Positions 61,315 through 64,000 of a stretch of DNA of 64,000 nucleotides are shown in pieces (the first letter of the stretch is position 1; each line of letters begins with the position of its first letter). Source of the DNA: a virus. The stretch lies in the IMG/VR virus record IMGVR_UViG_3300047496_000382. One strand, 5' to 3'. Position numbers and translations under genes: made by a program. The notes under the pieces were generated by a model that worked only from the letters and a program-made list of their open reading frames with translations, searched no databases and was not told the DNA's origin.

Positions 61315-62349
61315 TCAGCGAATGCCGACGACGCGGACGACCTGGTCAGCCAACGTCTCGTCCAGATGCATGTGTGCGTGCTTGTGCTTCCCGTGCTGGA
61401 GCATCGGCGAATGCGGCTCACCCTTGTCCGCGTTGGCGAAGAGCTGTCGCATCTCTGCCTGCTCTGCTGGCGCAGTGGAGCGAGGGCTGTCGAAGAGACG
61501 GTCGATGAGCGAAGCGCGCCCGTCGTGGCTCTCGTGCATCACGGCCGTGGAGTAGACGTCCGGATAGCCGTTCTGGCCCTTCGGCGGCTCATCGCCCCAC
61601 TTCGCGTCGAGCGTGCCCGGCGCGCGGTCGGCCGGGTCTTTGCGCACGTCGATGATGCCCTTGACCGTCTGGTCTTCGTTCGTCGGGGTCGTCAGTTCCG
61701 CGAGCTTCGTGCCGAGTGCCGTCTTCATCTCCTCGAGGTCCATGGCTACTCCTTGTCAGGACACCGGCGCAGGAACGCGACGATGTTGTCCTTGATGCGC
61801 CGTGCGACGTCCATCTTACCCTGTGCCTGGGCCGATTGGTACTGGCGCAGAGCCGGCAGCTGTTCTGGCTGCAGGCCGGCAGAGGTCACCAGTGCAAGGA
61901 GGTTGTCGGTGCTGTCAGCGGAGGGAGACTGCGAGGACATCATGGGAATCGTACCGAGGGGAGGGCGCGCGCTGGAAGTGTCACCCAAGTGAGCGACCGA
62001 AGACATCGAAGGCGCCGCGGTACTTAGCACACTCCGTGACCGCAGCATCTTTCTCGGCAACCGCGGACTTCAGCTGTTCACCGAGCTGGAACTTCTCGCG
62101 CTCGAGGTCGTGCACCTTCTCGCGCATCACGGACATGACCTCCACGTGGAAGTCGTCCTCGGTGAAGAAGCGCACGCCCTTCGGGTCCGTCAGCTTCTTC
62201 GAGACCTTCTCCCAGAGCTCCTCGTCACGCACCACGCACTCAAGCAACAACTCCGTGCGCAGCTTCTCCGTGCCGACCGTCTTGGTCAGCGTGTTGGCCT
62301 TGAAGAACAACGTGACGCCGGGGACCTGCTCTTCGAACTCATCGGCCAT
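61315..62349 (-). other. Three hypothetical CDS (61315-61743, 61746-~61943, 61981-62349)
   Basis: ORF track; SD before 61743 and 62349. Confidence 0.55.
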
Positions 62350-62935
62350 GATAGGTGGCTCCCTTGGTGATGTGCGTGAGATTGATGAACAGCTCCATCG
62401 GCACCCCGCTGCCGACAGTCATTGCGTACGCAGCCGCGGCCTCCCCGACAGCCAGACCCGATGTGCCGGGCCCGTACACGAGGATGAGACGCAACAGCAC
62501 GCACACTTTGCCGAGCGTCTTCAGCGATTGCTCGATAGCCACACCCTTGCGCTGGTTAGCAGAGAAGGGGTCGCGCTCTAACATCGCGAACTCCACCTGC
62601 TCCATCTGCTTGCGTCGTTCACTCTCCGCGAAGAGCTGGAGGAGGAAGTTGACGTGCCCGGCAGTCAGTACGCGGGGGCGAGCGAGTGGACTCCCAACGG
62701 TCACGGCGACGTGCTCGAAAATCAGAGCGACGCGACACGCGGAGTAGTCGGCGCCGCGCTGCTTCCCCTCTTCCCACAGTGCCTCGGCCTCAGAGTAGAT
62801 GGTCGGCGGCGGGTCGGGGTCGTTCGGGTCTTCAAGACCAGAACGCGCAGAGCGCTGGAGGGCACGGTAGTAGCCCTCGTAGACAGGACATGTGTCGTCC
62901 AGAAGAACCTCCCGGAGGACAGAAACATCCTCCAG
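62339..62935 (-). CDS. Hypothetical protein whose coding frame lacks an in-frame ATG (CTG start at 62935, or 1-nt deletion after ATG 62928)
   Basis: Frame EDVSVLREVLLDDTCPVYEGYY... is continuous with ORF 62339-62704; promoter CAAG-N17-TATAAG at 62940-62968. Confidence 0.5.
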   Translation of the reverse strand: MEDVSVLREVLLDDTCPVYEGYYRALQRSARSGLEDPNDPDPPPTIYSEAEALWEEGKQRGADYSACRVALIFEHVAVTVGSPLARPRVLTAGHVNFLLQLFAESERRKQMEQVEFAMLERDPFSANQRKGVAIEQSLKTLGKVCVLLRLILVYGPGTSGLAVGEAAAAYAMTVGSGVPMELFINLTHITKGATYHGR

Positions 62936-62959
62936 GTCTCTTATACCCCTGCGCGTGAA

Positions 62960-64000
62960 CTACTTGTTGCCGCCGGGGCTCGAAGCACCGAGGTCGACTG
63001 GCGTCGTCCCTCCAATGGAGCCCTTGAAGGCGCCGGCGATGCCGCTTCCGAATCCAGCGCCCTTTGGCTTTGCGATGTTGGCGATACTCGGACCTTGCGG
63101 AGTCGGAAGGCTCATGCCGGGCAGGCCGACCTTCTTCGCAGCGCCCATGGCGGCCATCGGCGAGGTGCCGGCGCCCATCATCGCTGCGTTCTTCTCGAGG
63201 AGGTACGCAACGTACTCGCTGAGCTCTGACGGTGACATCGCGTACTTCGACTTCTTGAAGTCGCTCGCGCTGAAGGTGACACCGTCGGGCAGCGCATCGG
63301 CCGACTTGTCCTTCGCACGCCCGCCGTCGATGTTCACGTCGGGGAGCAGCTCACTGCGCTTCTGGATGGCCTGGTCGAGGCGCGGCATCTGGAAGGATGG
63401 CAGGTCGCTCGCCATCATGAAGTTCCCGCGCGTGGGTGCACTCGCCGCGGTCTTCTTTGCCTCGAGCTCCGCGCGGAGTGCCGGCGCGTGCTTGAGCGCG
63501 ATGTACCGCTCCAACATCCCCTTGCCGTAGCTGCCTGCCATCACACCGGCCGCAGACAGACCTGCGTGCTCTGCGAGTTCCGGCCCACCCAGGGCGTGCG
63601 TGATGAGCGGAGCGATGGCATCTCCGATAATGTTCCTTCGTCCAAGAGCACCAGACGACCGTCCTGCGTCACGAAGAAGCTCTTCCTTCTCTTCCTCCGG
63701 TACGTCTTCGAGCCGAAGCATGTCGCTGCCGCGTAGCATCCCTTCGCCCATCAACGCGCCGAGCCCGAGACCCGCCAAGCCGCCGGCCACCGCGCCTCGG
63801 TTGCCGCCGCGAAGGTGGCCAAGGTTCATGCCGCTGACCGCCATCGGCGCACCCATGCCGAGGTACGCGCCGAGACGTCCCTTCCAGCGCGAAGGCGCCT
63901 CGTTCGGGTCCGCCTTCGATTTTCCGAAGAGCATGTGTGCACCGAGACCGGCAGCAACAGCGCCTCCTCCGACGTTTGCGGGCGTTCGCAGAGAAGCAGG
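62960..64000 (-). CDS. Gly/Ala-rich putative head-internal protein (frame open to the right edge)
   Basis: Glycine-zipper-like segments and repeated K-x-A/S motifs (KKTAA, KRS, DKSA, SKYA, EKNAA); no stop between 63934 and 64000. Confidence 0.5.
   Translation of the reverse strand, partial: PASLRTPANVGGGAVAAGLGAHMLFGKSKADPNEAPSRWKGRLGAYLGMGAPMAVSGMNLGHLRGGNRGAVAGGLAGLGLGALMGEGMLRGSDMLRLEDVPEEEKEELLRDAGRSSGALGRRNIIGDAIAPLITHALGGPELAEHAGLSAAGVMAGSYGKGMLERYIALKHAPALRAELEAKKTAASAPTRGNFMMASDLPSFQMPRLDQAIQKRSELLPDVNIDGGRAKDKSADALPDGVTFSASDFKKSKYAMSPSELSEYVAYLLEKNAAMMGAGTSPMAAMGAAKKVGLPGMSLPTPQGPSIANIAKPKGAGFGSGIAGAFKGSIGGTTPVDLGASSPGGNK

Noticed and set aside
244-63736. Many long plus-strand ORFs in the track (e.g. 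806-1549, 48997-50004, 55325-56767, 57726-59015)
   Set aside because: Antisense shadows of GC-rich minus-strand genes: R/A/V-rich, no motifs, no SD. Only 15367-15834 and 17692-18129 are supported on the plus strand.
1-64000. Alternative genetic code (TAG or TGA reassignment)
   Set aside because: ORFs of 1100-1285 aa are open under the standard code, and many genes use TGATG/ATGA/GTGA coupling and TAG ends, so the few in-frame TGAs are local.
1-64000. CRISPR array, diversity-generating retroelement, integrase, rRNA
   Set aside because: No regularly spaced repeats, reverse transcriptase, recombinase motifs or rRNA-like sequence recognised by eye.

Overview
GC-rich fragment of a large tailed-phage genome, most likely a myovirus, with genes packed almost entirely on the minus strand. 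Structural blocks: baseplate J/wedge-like and gp25-like genes (1-4.5 kb), fibre/spike and virion genes (25.7-35.3 kb, 47.2-49.7 kb) and probable head-internal proteins (61.3-64 kb). Between them lie long arrays of small accessory genes: RNase HII, HAD deoxynucleotidase, MazG-like, endonuclease VII-type homing nuclease, GH25 endolysin, DEDDh exonuclease, lytic transglycosylase, SLOG, GNAT, SET, GT-A glycosyltransferase, DUF932-like, and a sigma factor. Less obvious elements read from the sequence: a complete tmRNA; a 111-nt tRNA-like RNA with no canonical anticodon loop; an R-S-E ADP-ribosyltransferase next to a NADAR hydrolase; a 63-aa stand-alone DNA Pol I palm fragment; a frameshifted RNAP alpha-CTD-like gene; a perfect 32-bp inverted repeat inside a gene; two promoter classes (CAAn-N17-nAYAAG, and leaderless TAnnnT-N6-8-ATG); and several in-frame UGA, frameshift and deletion lesions seen only in accessory genes. 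No CRISPR array, rRNA, integrase or reverse transcriptase was seen. All family assignments come from motif recognition by eye; no database searches were run.
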